Source: Candidatus Iainarchaeum sp. (GTDB lineage Archaea; Iainarchaeota; Iainarchaeia; Iainarchaeales; JAAZKV01). From it: a stretch of 64,000 nucleotides of DNA. The position numbers were made by a program, and so were the translations under genes. The stretch is taken from contig JAPLVR010000005.1 of assembly GCA_026397015.1 (NCBI GenBank), positions 32,001-96,000 of the forward strand, in the 5' to 3' direction. This document shows, piece by piece, positions 45,414 through 54,486 of the stretch; position 1 is the first letter of the stretch, and each line of letters opens with the position of its first letter. The notes under the pieces are model-generated. The model was not told the DNA's origin. It was given only the letters and a program-made list of their open reading frames with translations, and ran no database searches.

Positions 45414-45911
45414 TTATGGCGTGATTATTTCGAGCTTTGTTTTCTTTTCCCCAAGGTCCGTTTTGATTGAAATAGTATAGCTGCCGGAAAATACTGTTGC
45501 GTTCGGATTGGCTCTGACAATACAGTTCGCTTTTCTGTAATCGCCCGGAGCCACATTCGGGAAAGTCCCCGTTGAAGGATAAATCAGTATTTCCTCAGAA
45601 TTTGTGTCAACATTGAAAGTGATGTCCGCGGTTTCTTTTGAAATATTTGTAAGAGTAAGTCTCAGCAATGCCTCTCCTGTCGAATCTTTAGTCAAATCAA
45701 GCGGATTGTTTGTCCAATCAGCCCTTATTGGCTCTGAGAATATTCCGCCGTTTTGCGATTCAAAGAAAGAAAAAAGCAGGAAGAGAATTATTGCCACAAC
45801 AATCATCGCGATTATTGCCACTATCGGATTTTTCAGCCTGTCAAAATCGATATCCGGCAGCGTCGGCACCGGTATTGTCGGCAACGCAAATTTCGGACCG
45901 TACAGAGACAT
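45414..45911 (-). CDS. Membrane-anchored Ig-like protein
   Basis: N-proximal TM followed by a beta-rich domain. Confidence 0.7.
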   Translation of the reverse strand: MSLYGPKFALPTIPVPTLPDIDFDRLKNPIVAIIAMIVVAIILFLLFSFFESQNGGIFSEPIRADWTNNPLDLTKDSTGEALLRLTLTNISKETADITFNVDTNSEEILIYPSTGTFPNVAPGDYRKANCIVRANPNATVFSGSYTISIKTDLGEKKTKLEIITP

Positions 45912-45966
45912 TCTAAAAATAGGCTTTTGGCTTATTTAAACCTTGCCCTTCCCCCGATTTTTTCTT

Positions 45967-47043
45967 TTAAGGCAGCGTGAATAGCTGGTCGTCTTCGGCG
46001 TAAAATATTTTTGCCCTTACTCCCGCGTCAAGCCATGCGTGCGCGTATGAAAAACTCGCCAGCGCGGTAAGAAAATCGCCCTTTCCCCTGAAGTGCTTTC
46101 CGTCACTGAAGTAGTTCTTTGCCATCCCCAAAAAGTCTTCCCCTATTTTTTTTTCCCTTTCCGAAAGCTCCTGCGCGAATTTTATTTTTTCGAGCGCCTT
46201 CGCGGTAATCATCTCGTATTTTTCCGTCTTTTCCTCAAGGCGGTTTTTTTGTATTCTGTTTGAAAGTTTTCCACTGTGTAAAACTTGCAGCGCCTCCTTT
46301 TCCTTTTCAGTAAGCTTTCCGCAGACTATTAAGCTCTGCGGGAACAATTTTTTCACTTCTTTTGCCCCTTCGATGTTTTCCTTTCCGATTATTATTTTCT
46401 CATTTTCGGCGCCGAGGGCCAGTAGCGCAACGAAACTCCAACCAATTTTTTCATTTTTGCCTGAAGCGATTTTTTCCAATACCTCAATCGCTTCCGCGCA
46501 GTTCATCAGCCTTTTTTCCTTTTCATCGTTTTTGATGTCAAGCAGGCAGACCGTGTGCAATCCGATTGACTGGTTCTGCTTTATTTGTTCGTAAAATGAA
46601 TCCGGCTCGAAATTTTTTGCGTGATAGCAAACCGTTGCGGTTCTTCCAAACCTGTATTCGTCAAGCCCGCTTTTTGAAATCAAATTTGTGATGGAAATTC
46701 CGGGAATCACTTTTGTTTCGACTTTTTTTTCTTTCGCGTCAATCAAAAGTTGGACATGGGTGGTTGCGGTAAGGGGGTTTCCAAACACAATGAGCGCGAC
46801 TTTTTTTTTCTTCGCCGAATCGGATGAAAAGTCGAAACCGGTTTCAACACTTTCCCTGCTTAAGATTTCTATTTTTTTATTTCGGCCGATTTTCTTTTTC
46901 AATTCGGCAAGCGTGCCTTCGCAGTATTGGGAGGTGTATTCCTCTGCGAATATTTTGTCGCATTTTTTCAGGGTTTCAACCGCTTCCGCTGTGATGTGCC
47001 CCGGTTTCAATCCTATTCCAATCAGGTAAAACATTTTTTTCAC
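45967..47043 (-). CDS. dph5: Diphthine synthase fused to a C-terminal DUF357 domain
   Basis: LIGIGL, EEYTS, GNPLTATTH, YRFGRTAT, GLHTVCLLDI; tail 'FLGMAKNYFSDGKHF..KGD..TALASFSYAHAWLDAG'. Confidence 0.88.
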   Translation of the reverse strand: MKKMFYLIGIGLKPGHITAEAVETLKKCDKIFAEEYTSQYCEGTLAELKKKIGRNKKIEILSRESVETGFDFSSDSAKKKKVALIVFGNPLTATTHVQLLIDAKEKKVETKVIPGISITNLISKSGLDEYRFGRTATVCYHAKNFEPDSFYEQIKQNQSIGLHTVCLLDIKNDEKEKRLMNCAEAIEVLEKIASGKNEKIGWSFVALLALGAENEKIIIGKENIEGAKEVKKLFPQSLIVCGKLTEKEKEALQVLHSGKLSNRIQKNRLEEKTEKYEMITAKALEKIKFAQELSEREKKIGEDFLGMAKNYFSDGKHFRGKGDFLTALASFSYAHAWLDAGVRAKIFYAEDDQLFTLP

Positions 47044-47062
47044 CGCAAAATTTTACACTCAT

Positions 47063-47920
47063 TTATATTATTCCGAGCTTGAACAGGCTCGCCAGCCCGG
47101 TTGCAAACCCTATAATTGCAATAATCACTTTTACAAATCCGACAACATTTTTTCTTTTTCCGTTTTCCTTCAGGTAATCGTCAAGGCTCCAGCAGATTAG
47201 AACGGCTATCGCCAGCTTTACTGCGACAAATAAAATCGGGCTGATTTGGATTATGGCGTTTGAAACGAAGTGCTGTTCGCTGAAATTGAAGAATGTTATT
47301 GCGACAGTGCTCGCGATTCCGTCAATCGCCTGTCCTCCCACTATTAAGAGGTTCATTTTGTCCGAAAGTATTTTGTATTTCGTGAATTTGTTTATCACGA
47401 AACAAATCGAGTAAGCCGCAATCGGAATAATTATTGCAGTTGCAATGAAAGCAGGCCAGTTGTTGAATCTGCTTAGGTTGAAAAGCAACGGTGCGGCGCA
47501 AATCACGGCCCCAAAAATAAAAACCCTTTTTTCGTCCAATTTTTTCCAAACTGTCCCGATTGCAAGCCCCGCAAGAACAAGCGCGAATGTAAGAAGCCAT
47601 ATTCCGGGGGTAAAAAACCAAAAGCCCAATTCGAACGGATTTGCGGTTTTTGTTATTCCCTCGATAACAAGCATTCCCGATTCGATTTGGTGCATTACGA
47701 CGCGCAGCGAAATGCCGAACAGTATGTAGGGCAGCATCGCTGTAAAGAATTTTTCGCCAAATTTTATTTTTTTTCTGAAAATAAGGTAGATTGTGATGCA
47801 CGTGAGCGCAAGCAGTGCGATGTAAATGCTTGTGTTAACTATGTTGTACCCCTGAATTTCGGGGTTCATTACAGGGGTTATGAAATACTGGTTGAGAAAT
47901 TCGCCGGGATTGAAATCCAT
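47063..47920 (-). CDS. DUF63-family membrane protein
   Basis: GYNIVNTSIY, PYILFG..LRV, TPGIW, AIDG...EQH. Confidence 0.8.
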   Translation of the reverse strand: MDFNPGEFLNQYFITPVMNPEIQGYNIVNTSIYIALLALTCITIYLIFRKKIKFGEKFFTAMLPYILFGISLRVVMHQIESGMLVIEGITKTANPFELGFWFFTPGIWLLTFALVLAGLAIGTVWKKLDEKRVFIFGAVICAAPLLFNLSRFNNWPAFIATAIIIPIAAYSICFVINKFTKYKILSDKMNLLIVGGQAIDGIASTVAITFFNFSEQHFVSNAIIQISPILFVAVKLAIAVLICWSLDDYLKENGKRKNVVGFVKVIIAIIGFATGLASLFKLGII

Positions 47921-47958
47921 AATTAGGTTTAAATTAGCACCTTTATTTAATTGTTTTT

Positions 47959-48783
47959 ATGGACCTGAAGGATGCTCTTGCAAAGGGCCTCTCAAATAAA
48001 GAAATGGGCTTTGCGCCCCGCGCCTTCGATTCTTTCGGCAATATTGCGGTAATTGAGGTCCCAAAACAATTGAGGAAAAAGAAGAGATTGATTGGCGAGG
48101 CTCTGTTGGAGGCGAATCCGCGCTTCGAAACCGTTTGCTCGATTGAAAGCGATCACGCCGGAAAATACAGGGTGCAAAAAGTCAAAGTTATTGCCGGTAA
48201 GAAGAATACGATTGCGACTTACAGGGAGAGCGGCTGCGCTTTTCTCGTTCCGCTCGGAAAGGTTTTTTTCTCGCCGCGCCTCGGCGCCGAGCGCCTGCGG
48301 ATTGCGGGGCAGATAAAAGACGGCGAGTTTGTCGGTTGCTGGTTTTCCGGCGTTGCGCCGTATCCGGTTGTTTTTGCGAAGCGTTCAAAAATGGGGCGTG
48401 CGGTTGCAATTGAATTGAACCCTGTTGCGCACGCCTATGCAAAAAAAAATTTGTTGCTGAACAAGGTTAAGAATGTTGAATTGGTTAAGGGCGATGTCAA
48501 GAAGCAGTACAAAAAATTTTCCAAATCATTTGACAGAATCGCGATGCCGCTCCCCCACACGGGATATCAGTTTTTGAAGGAGGCTTTTTTCGCAATTAAG
48601 AGGGGCGGCACAATTCATTTTTACGAGATTGTTGAAAAGGAAAATTTTGCGTTGCCCGAGAAGCAAATTTTTGCCGCGGCGAAGAAAGCGAAAAGAAAGG
48701 CAAAAATTGTTTTCAAAAAGCGCGTGAGGGTTTTTTCGCCTTCAAAGGAACAGGTTGTTTTTGACATAAGAGTTTTAAACTAA
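47959..48783 (+). CDS. Trm5/Taw2-family tRNA methyltransferase
   Basis: FDSFGNIAV, ESGC.F, KVFFSPRLGAER, IELNP, DRIAMPLP. Confidence 0.88.
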   Translation: MDLKDALAKGLSNKEMGFAPRAFDSFGNIAVIEVPKQLRKKKRLIGEALLEANPRFETVCSIESDHAGKYRVQKVKVIAGKKNTIATYRESGCAFLVPLGKVFFSPRLGAERLRIAGQIKDGEFVGCWFSGVAPYPVVFAKRSKMGRAVAIELNPVAHAYAKKNLLLNKVKNVELVKGDVKKQYKKFSKSFDRIAMPLPHTGYQFLKEAFFAIKRGGTIHFYEIVEKENFALPEKQIFAAAKKAKRKAKIVFKKRVRVFSPSKEQVVFDIRVLN

Positions 48784-48802
48784 ATCGCGCTTTCTTTTTC
48801 TT

Positions 48803-49477
48803 ATGGCTTTGAATTTGGTCTTTCTGGGCCCCCCAGGCGCGGGAAAAGGCAGCATTGCCGAGGCAATAGTGAAAAAATACGGGCTGGCGCACATATCCAC
48901 CGGCGAGCTTATACGCGCAGAAGTCGCCGCCAAAACAGCTTTGGGAAAAAGGCTTGAAAAAATAATTAACGCTGGAAATTTAGTTTCAAATGAGGATGCG
49001 AAAAGCCTTGTGGAAAATAAGGTAGGAGGATTGAAAAAGAAAGGAAATTTCAAAGGGATAATTTTTGACGGTTATCCGCGTTCGCTTGTTCAGGCGGGAG
49101 GGTTTGAAGAGTTGCTTGGCAAGTTTAATGAAAAAATTTCGGCGGTTGTTTATATTGAGAGTTCCGAAGAACAGATAGTAAAAAGGCTTTCCGCGCGCTG
49201 GCACTGCCCAAAATGCAAAAAGGATTATAATATGATTTTTGGTCCTCCGAAATTGAAAGGCAAGTGCGACATTGATGGCGCAAAGATTGTCAGGCGCGAG
49301 GATGACGAGCCGGAAATAATAAAGAAACGCTACAGGGTATTTTTAGAGGAAACCGCGCCGGTAATCGGATTTTTTGAAAAAAAAGGTTTGCTGAAGAAGT
49401 ACGACGGAAATGCGCCGCTTCGGGAAAGCATAGCGAGGGCGGAAAAAATTGTTGCGCCGCTTCTTATGCAGCCCTGA
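48803..49477 (+). CDS. adk: Adenylate kinase (bacterial type, Zn-lid)
   Basis: GPPGAGKG, HISTG, DGYPRS, CPKC...CDID, RREDD. Confidence 0.93.
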   Translation: MALNLVFLGPPGAGKGSIAEAIVKKYGLAHISTGELIRAEVAAKTALGKRLEKIINAGNLVSNEDAKSLVENKVGGLKKKGNFKGIIFDGYPRSLVQAGGFEELLGKFNEKISAVVYIESSEEQIVKRLSARWHCPKCKKDYNMIFGPPKLKGKCDIDGAKIVRREDDEPEIIKKRYRVFLEETAPVIGFFEKKGLLKKYDGNAPLRESIARAEKIVAPLLMQP

Positions 49478-49495
49478 ACTTTTTCAGATTAAAAC

Positions 49496-49529
49496 TTTTG
49501 TGAAAAAAGAGTTTTTGTGAAAAAAGAGT
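49496..49529 (+). repeat. Perfect 17-bp tandem duplication
   Basis: ttttgtgaaaaaagagt x2. Confidence 0.85.
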
Positions 49530-49535
49530 TTCTTT

Positions 49536-49573
49536 ATCAGCCTTTTGGCAAAAGGCTGGCGAAAACCGCCGCC
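49536..49573 (-). repeat. Dispersed palindromic element, copy C
   Basis: Reverse complement ggcggcggttttcgcCAGCCTTTT-gcc-AAAAGGCTGat. Confidence 0.8.
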
Positions 49574-49651
49574 TTCAGGCATCGGATGAAGCTTGTTGGC
49601 TTCTGTCCTTAAACCAACAGAAGCCGCACACTTTAGTGCGCGGTAATTCAC
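49561..49651 (+). mobile_element. Miniature non-coding IS200/IS605-like element (PATE-like)
   Basis: Left hairpin AAACCGCCGCC-TTCA-GGCATCGGATGAA; right hairpin AAGCCGCACAC-TTTA-GTGCGCGG followed by TAATTCAC, the pattern typical of IS605/IS1341 ends. Confidence 0.6.
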
Positions 49652-50358
49652 TGCACGGCATCCCACAGAACATTGTCTTTTGCGTTTATTACAAATCCTT
49701 CAGCCGTTATGTTTGCAGGGTGTATGTTCTTGCTGTGGTCGGATCCGCGCATTTTTCTGATAAATATGCTTCTGTTTGGCGGCGTGAAATATAGTGCGAT
49801 TACGCCGTCGGCGACGAATTCTTCGACTCCGTAGGCGGAAAAAACCGATTTTTTTGGTTTTGTTTCTGCAGTTAGCAGTGTGGTGCACCCGAATGCTTTC
49901 AGCCTGTCGCAGAACTGAAATAATGTAGTTCTCAGGATGCTCGCGTCTATGTAGGCGCCAAAAACGGTTGTTGAATCTACCACCAGCCTTTTCGCCTTGA
50001 TTTCCTCAACTCTTTTTTCAATTTCCCTCAACTGTTCATCAATCCTGTTTTCAGTAAGGTCCTTGTTTTTTATGTACCCCAAATTCAGCCTGTAAATATT
50101 GAAAAGCCCTTCGTCCTGAAGTTTTTTTATGTCCCACTGGAAGCTTTCCATGTTCCAGCTTATGTCGCGGACGCTTCCTTCAAGTGTTACAAAAAGCCCG
50201 GCTTCGTTGTATTGGCTCGCGCCATTGTATAAATATTGTGTTGTAAAAATGGTTTTGCCAGTTCCTGTCCCGCCCGAGATCAGCACGTTGCTTCCTTTCG
50301 GGATTCCCCCCTGTATCAGCTGATCCAGCCCCGAAATTCCCGTTTTTACCCTTTCCAA
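49648..50358 (-). CDS. KaiC/RAD55-family RecA-superfamily ATPase
   Basis: TGISGLD..IQGG.P, GGTGTGKT, RLVVDS, EEFVADGVI, RKMRGSDH. Confidence 0.9.
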   Translation of the reverse strand: MERVKTGISGLDQLIQGGIPKGSNVLISGGTGTGKTIFTTQYLYNGASQYNEAGLFVTLEGSVRDISWNMESFQWDIKKLQDEGLFNIYRLNLGYIKNKDLTENRIDEQLREIEKRVEEIKAKRLVVDSTTVFGAYIDASILRTTLFQFCDRLKAFGCTTLLTAETKPKKSVFSAYGVEEFVADGVIALYFTPPNRSIFIRKMRGSDHSKNIHPANITAEGFVINAKDNVLWDAVQ

Positions 50359-50506
50359 AAAGACACCCTGATATTTTCCAGATTTTTTACTTTTTCCTTT
50401 TTCTGCCTTGAGAATAATGGATTAAGTAGTATTTAATCCTTACTAACTTTGCCGGCGGGCGCCTGCAAAGAATTAAAAATAATGGTAATTGTAATCATTG
50501 TTGAAT

Positions 50507-51361
50507 ATGGTGAAAAGGAAGCTGGCGAAAAAGGAAAAAAGGGGTTCCCGTACGGCGAAAGAAAATGCAATCGCTTCAACTAAAGAAAGCAGGATGGCGC
50601 GGGCATCAAGAAATGATTCCGTTGAAGTTGAAAATGCGGCGGCATCCGGCGAAGAAGAAACATTTGAACGTGATTATTCCCAAATGGATTTGGTTGACCT
50701 GATTGACCAGCCGGCTTGGAAAACAATTCTTATCGACTTGGTTAGGACCGAAAAAATGGATCCGTGGGATATTGATGTTGCCGAGCTCGCCGAAAAATAT
50801 TTGAAAAAAATAAATGAACTTGAGCAAAGCAATTTGCGCGTTCCGGCAAACGCCATTCTCGCCTGCGCAATTCTGTTGAAAACAAAAAGCAAGTATCTGC
50901 ACCTCGGTCCGATTGAGGATGAAGAGGATGAGAAGCCTCTCTCCGAACAGCAAAGAACGCTGATGCTCGGAGAAATCCCCGATTTGATGGCGAATCGCGC
51001 CTTCAGGGAGGGAAAAGTTACTCTTGACGAGTTGGTTGCAAGCATTGAAGGAATAATAAACAGCAGCAGGGCCGGAAGAAATGCAGCAAGGCAAATACCA
51101 CGGATAGAACTAAATTTTGACACGAGCACGATAGAAGAAAGGGTTTCCGAGATACTTGAAAAGATAAGGCAAAAAGCGGATTCACAAGGGGTCGTGATGT
51201 TCCGCAATCTTCTGGGCGGATCGGATGCCAGCACAATTGTTGATACTTTTGTTCCGGTCCTTTTTCTGGTGAACAGCGGAAAAATAATTGCGTATCAGGA
51301 AGAATTTTTCGGCGACATTTTTATACAGCTCATTCCTGAAAGCGAGTGGCGCAAAAAATGA
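50507..51361 (+). CDS. scpA: Segregation/condensation protein A (kleisin)
   Basis: MDPWDIDV, NAILACAILLKTKS, VTLDELV, FVPVLFL...QEEFFGDI. Confidence 0.9.
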   Translation: MVKRKLAKKEKRGSRTAKENAIASTKESRMARASRNDSVEVENAAASGEEETFERDYSQMDLVDLIDQPAWKTILIDLVRTEKMDPWDIDVAELAEKYLKKINELEQSNLRVPANAILACAILLKTKSKYLHLGPIEDEEDEKPLSEQQRTLMLGEIPDLMANRAFREGKVTLDELVASIEGIINSSRAGRNAARQIPRIELNFDTSTIEERVSEILEKIRQKADSQGVVMFRNLLGGSDASTIVDTFVPVLFLVNSGKIIAYQEEFFGDIFIQLIPESEWRKK

Positions 51362-51423
51362 TTTAATTTTCAGTTCCCATTAACAGGCAAAATATTAAAT
51401 ACTTCAATTGCCTTACATCTGGC

Positions 51424-52074
51424 ATGGTTTCAAAAAAAAAGCGCGCCAGGCGTTCATTCAGAAGGGCGCCGGCAAAATCGAAAGAAACTGTGCGCGTGAA
51501 AACTTTTATCGTTGAAAAGCCCGTTTACATTAAATCCAAGGGAATGATAGGGGATGACGACGACCCTCCGGGAAAATACGATTCAAAATGGAGCAGGTAT
51601 TTCCGCAAAAGGATGCCTCCATTTGCAAGGGCTCCAAAGGGAAGGGGCGGCGAAAATTTTGCGGAAGAAGATGATATCGGATCTGATGAAGCCGAGGGTA
51701 GTCCGGAAGGTAGCACAGAAGAATATCCTGAAGATGGCGCCGGAGAACCAGGCAATAATGAAATGGCGGAAGATGAAGGCGGTGTAGAAGATTTTGCCGG
51801 CGAGGACATTCCAGAGGGGGATGTTGAGGATGCGCTAAATCCGCCTTCTTCCAGGCACAAGCGCAGCCATGGATTGTTCCAAAACAAGTGGTGGCTGAAA
51901 GGGATTTTGAAAGGGGTTGCCGTTTGGCTGATAATTCTTATTCTCGCTTATATGATGGATTTTTTGAAAATGGTTAATGTGGAAGGGTGGAAGAGCTGGT
52001 TCGGCTTCCTAATTTTCCTTATCATAGTCTTCCTGGTTTATGAAAAGTTTTTGAAGGGGAAAGCAAACATTTAA
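51424..52074 (+). CDS. Hypothetical protein: basic N-terminus, acidic disordered middle, two C-terminal TMs
   Basis: Composition of the translation; TATA at ~51394. Confidence 0.7.
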   Translation: MVSKKKRARRSFRRAPAKSKETVRVKTFIVEKPVYIKSKGMIGDDDDPPGKYDSKWSRYFRKRMPPFARAPKGRGGENFAEEDDIGSDEAEGSPEGSTEEYPEDGAGEPGNNEMAEDEGGVEDFAGEDIPEGDVEDALNPPSSRHKRSHGLFQNKWWLKGILKGVAVWLIILILAYMMDFLKMVNVEGWKSWFGFLIFLIIVFLVYEKFLKGKANI

Positions 52075-52082
52075 GTCGCGCC

Positions 52083-52352
52083 TTAAATTTTTTTAGTTTC
52101 ATAGCTACTTTGATTCTTGGATTTTTTTAGCGCTTCCTCGATTCTGCCCTGGTCAAAGCCGGATATTATTTCGCCGTCAATTTCTATTACCGGCACGCGC
52201 ACCTGCCCGCTTTTCTCAATCATTTCTTCCGCCTTTTTTCTGTCGGTCCCGACATCGAAGTCTTCGAATTTTATTTTTTTGTCTCTAAGCCAGTTTTTCG
52301 CCATTATGCAGTACGGGCAGGTCTTGGTTGAATAAACTTTTATTTTTGCCAT
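52083..52352 (-). CDS. Glutaredoxin (NrdH/YruB-like)
   Basis: CPYC, SGQ..VPVI, GFD. Confidence 0.92.
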   Translation of the reverse strand: MAKIKVYSTKTCPYCIMAKNWLRDKKIKFEDFDVGTDRKKAEEMIEKSGQVRVPVIEIDGEIISGFDQGRIEEALKKSKNQSSYETKKI

Positions 52353-52394
52353 TAAGCCACCTTCTTTTGCCTGAATAGTCGGGTTCGTTTGGTA

Positions 52395-53195
52395 TTAAAA
52401 ACTTTTTGAATTTTTTTCGTTTTTCTTTCCGACCATTACAAAGAACGCGTTTTCCTTCTTGAAGAGCCATTTTATTTCGTCGATAAGCGGTTTTTTGAAT
52501 TTTGGTTTTGAATTAACAAATTCAATCCCGTTTTCGCGGAACCATTCGAGCACCTCTCCGACAGAATGGTAGCTTTCATGCACCTGCCCGTACTTGTCCG
52601 CAATCCATGTTTCGTTTTCCGGTCCACCAAAATATTTTTTTCCAAATTCTACTCTCTTTCCGATATTGTTGCCGCAAAAAAAACCAATAAATGTCCTTTT
52701 CATCCTCAGCCGCAGCCGCGAATATTTGTTGTACAATCCCACAATAATTATCCCGCCGTCTTTCAGGTTTTCGGCGCATATTTTGAATGCGCGTTTTGCA
52801 TCGATTGTGTGATGCAGTGAGCCGAGCGCAATCACCACATCAAACTTTTTTTTGCTTTTGAATTCAAAAACATTTTTTTCCTCGAATTTTGCGCCGCTTT
52901 TAACAGTCTTTTCCAATTTTTTTGCCCGCCCTATTGACGCGCCGCTGAAATCTATTCCCAGAACTTTGGCGTCCTGCAGGGCAATTGAATTTGCAAGTTC
53001 GCCGGTGCCGCACCCTACGTCAAATACTTTTTTTTCTTTCCAAAAGTTTTTTTCCGTCGTAAAAATTTTTGAAACCCATTTGTGGTATTTTGAAAGCATT
53101 TCTCCAGACCCGATTTCTCTGGAAGGGTAGGGCCATTTTTCGTATAACTCCCTTACAAGCCCTTCAGCGGCTTTTTCATTTTTCCCGTATTGCAT
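52395..53195 (-). CDS. Class I SAM-dependent methyltransferase
   Basis: LYEKWPYP, FDVGCGTGE, GIDFS, GSLHHT. Confidence 0.85.
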   Translation of the reverse strand: MQYGKNEKAAEGLVRELYEKWPYPSREIGSGEMLSKYHKWVSKIFTTEKNFWKEKKVFDVGCGTGELANSIALQDAKVLGIDFSGASIGRAKKLEKTVKSGAKFEEKNVFEFKSKKKFDVVIALGSLHHTIDAKRAFKICAENLKDGGIIIVGLYNKYSRLRLRMKRTFIGFFCGNNIGKRVEFGKKYFGGPENETWIADKYGQVHESYHSVGEVLEWFRENGIEFVNSKPKFKKPLIDEIKWLFKKENAFFVMVGKKNEKNSKSF

Positions 53196-53256
53196 GGTAA
53201 TGATTATTGGGTTGTCCATAAAAATATAAAACCGTTCAGACAACTGATTTTTAGCC

Positions 53257-53907
53257 ATGCGAACCAAGGAAAGAGCGCTGAAAATTCTTTCTCTTCTGGA
53301 GAAAAATTATCCCCGTGTGCCGAAGCTTTTTCTTTCACACGAAACTGACGCACAAATGCTCTGCGCGATTATTCTTTCCGCACGCAACACTGACAAACAA
53401 ACCAACAAGGTAACTTCAAAACTTTTCAAAAAGTATAAAATTGTTTCAGATTTTGCGGGCGCAAACGCGGCAGTTTTTATGAATGAGATTTCATCAATCG
53501 GCCTTTACAAGTCAAAATCAAAAAATATTATTTCTTCGTTTAAAAAAATAAGGGATGATTTTGACGGAAAGATTCCCCAGAAAATGGAAGAGTTGCTGCA
53601 GCTGCCCGGCGTCGGAAGAAAAACGGCAAATCTTGTTCTAGTTTCGCTTGGAAAAATCGAGGGCATTGCAGTTGACACCCATGTTGCGCGCCTCTCCTGT
53701 CGCTTTGGCTTGTCGAAAAGCAGAAATCCCGATGTGATTGAAAGGGACTTGGTGAAAATTTATCCGCGGAACAAGTGGTCGAAGATAAACGGGCTTTTTA
53801 TTTCCCATGGCAGAGCAGTTTGCACCGCGCGGAATCCTAAATGCGGCGAATGTTTCCTAAATAGGGCAGGGCTTTGCCCGCGCATCGGCCTCGCCGACCC
53901 AATTTGA
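53257..53907 (+). CDS. nth: Endonuclease III
   Basis: LPGVGRKTAN, VDTHV, C..RNPKCGEC.L....C. Confidence 0.95.
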   Translation: MRTKERALKILSLLEKNYPRVPKLFLSHETDAQMLCAIILSARNTDKQTNKVTSKLFKKYKIVSDFAGANAAVFMNEISSIGLYKSKSKNIISSFKKIRDDFDGKIPQKMEELLQLPGVGRKTANLVLVSLGKIEGIAVDTHVARLSCRFGLSKSRNPDVIERDLVKIYPRNKWSKINGLFISHGRAVCTARNPKCGECFLNRAGLCPRIGLADPI

Positions 53908-53961
53908 GGTATTTAAGCAATAATATTTAACCTGTGCGGACGAAAAATTAATGCGATTCGA

Positions 53962-54447
53962 ATGATTAGAAAAGAAGATTTGTTGGAGGAAATAATCGGG
54001 AAGAATCCAGAAGTTCTTCCCGTGTTGGCTCAAGCGGGCCTTCACTGCATCGGCTGCCATCTTTCTGCAAGCGAAACGCTTGAAGGAGGTTGCAAAGCGC
54101 ACGGAATGAACGATTCTGAAATACGCGGGCTCGTTACAAAAGTGAACAAAGAAGTTTCTAATTTTGAAAAAAAGCCGAGGGTTGAATTCACAAAAAACGC
54201 TGTTGCAGAACTTGAGAGGCGCGTGAACGAGAACGGCAAAAAATATGTGCGGGTTGTGCAGCTCTTTGGCGGCGAATTTGATTTTGATGCCGTCGACGAA
54301 AAAGACGGCGAGGATATCGAGTTAAAACCCGGTTCAGGTGTTGTTGTTCTGCTTGGCCCGCGTACGGAAAAATTTTTGAGGGAAATAAAAATCGACTACG
54401 ATAAAGGAGTAAAGGATTTTGTTGCGGCAAGGGCTGCGAAAAAATAA
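53962..54447 (+). CDS. DUF1858-like domain fused to a degenerate HesB/IscA-like domain
   Basis: GLHCIGC..S..ETLE.GC.AHG; C-terminal 'VEFTKNAV...VRV...IDY'. Confidence 0.7.
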   Translation: MIRKEDLLEEIIGKNPEVLPVLAQAGLHCIGCHLSASETLEGGCKAHGMNDSEIRGLVTKVNKEVSNFEKKPRVEFTKNAVAELERRVNENGKKYVRVVQLFGGEFDFDAVDEKDGEDIELKPGSGVVVLLGPRTEKFLREIKIDYDKGVKDFVAARAAKK

Positions 54448-54486
54448 GGCGCTTTTCTAAAAATTTTTTGTTTTCCGCTGCTTTTT

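Noticed and set aside
49484-49666. 60-aa minus-strand ORF over the mini-element
   Set aside because: Made of repeat and hairpin sequence; no transposase motifs.
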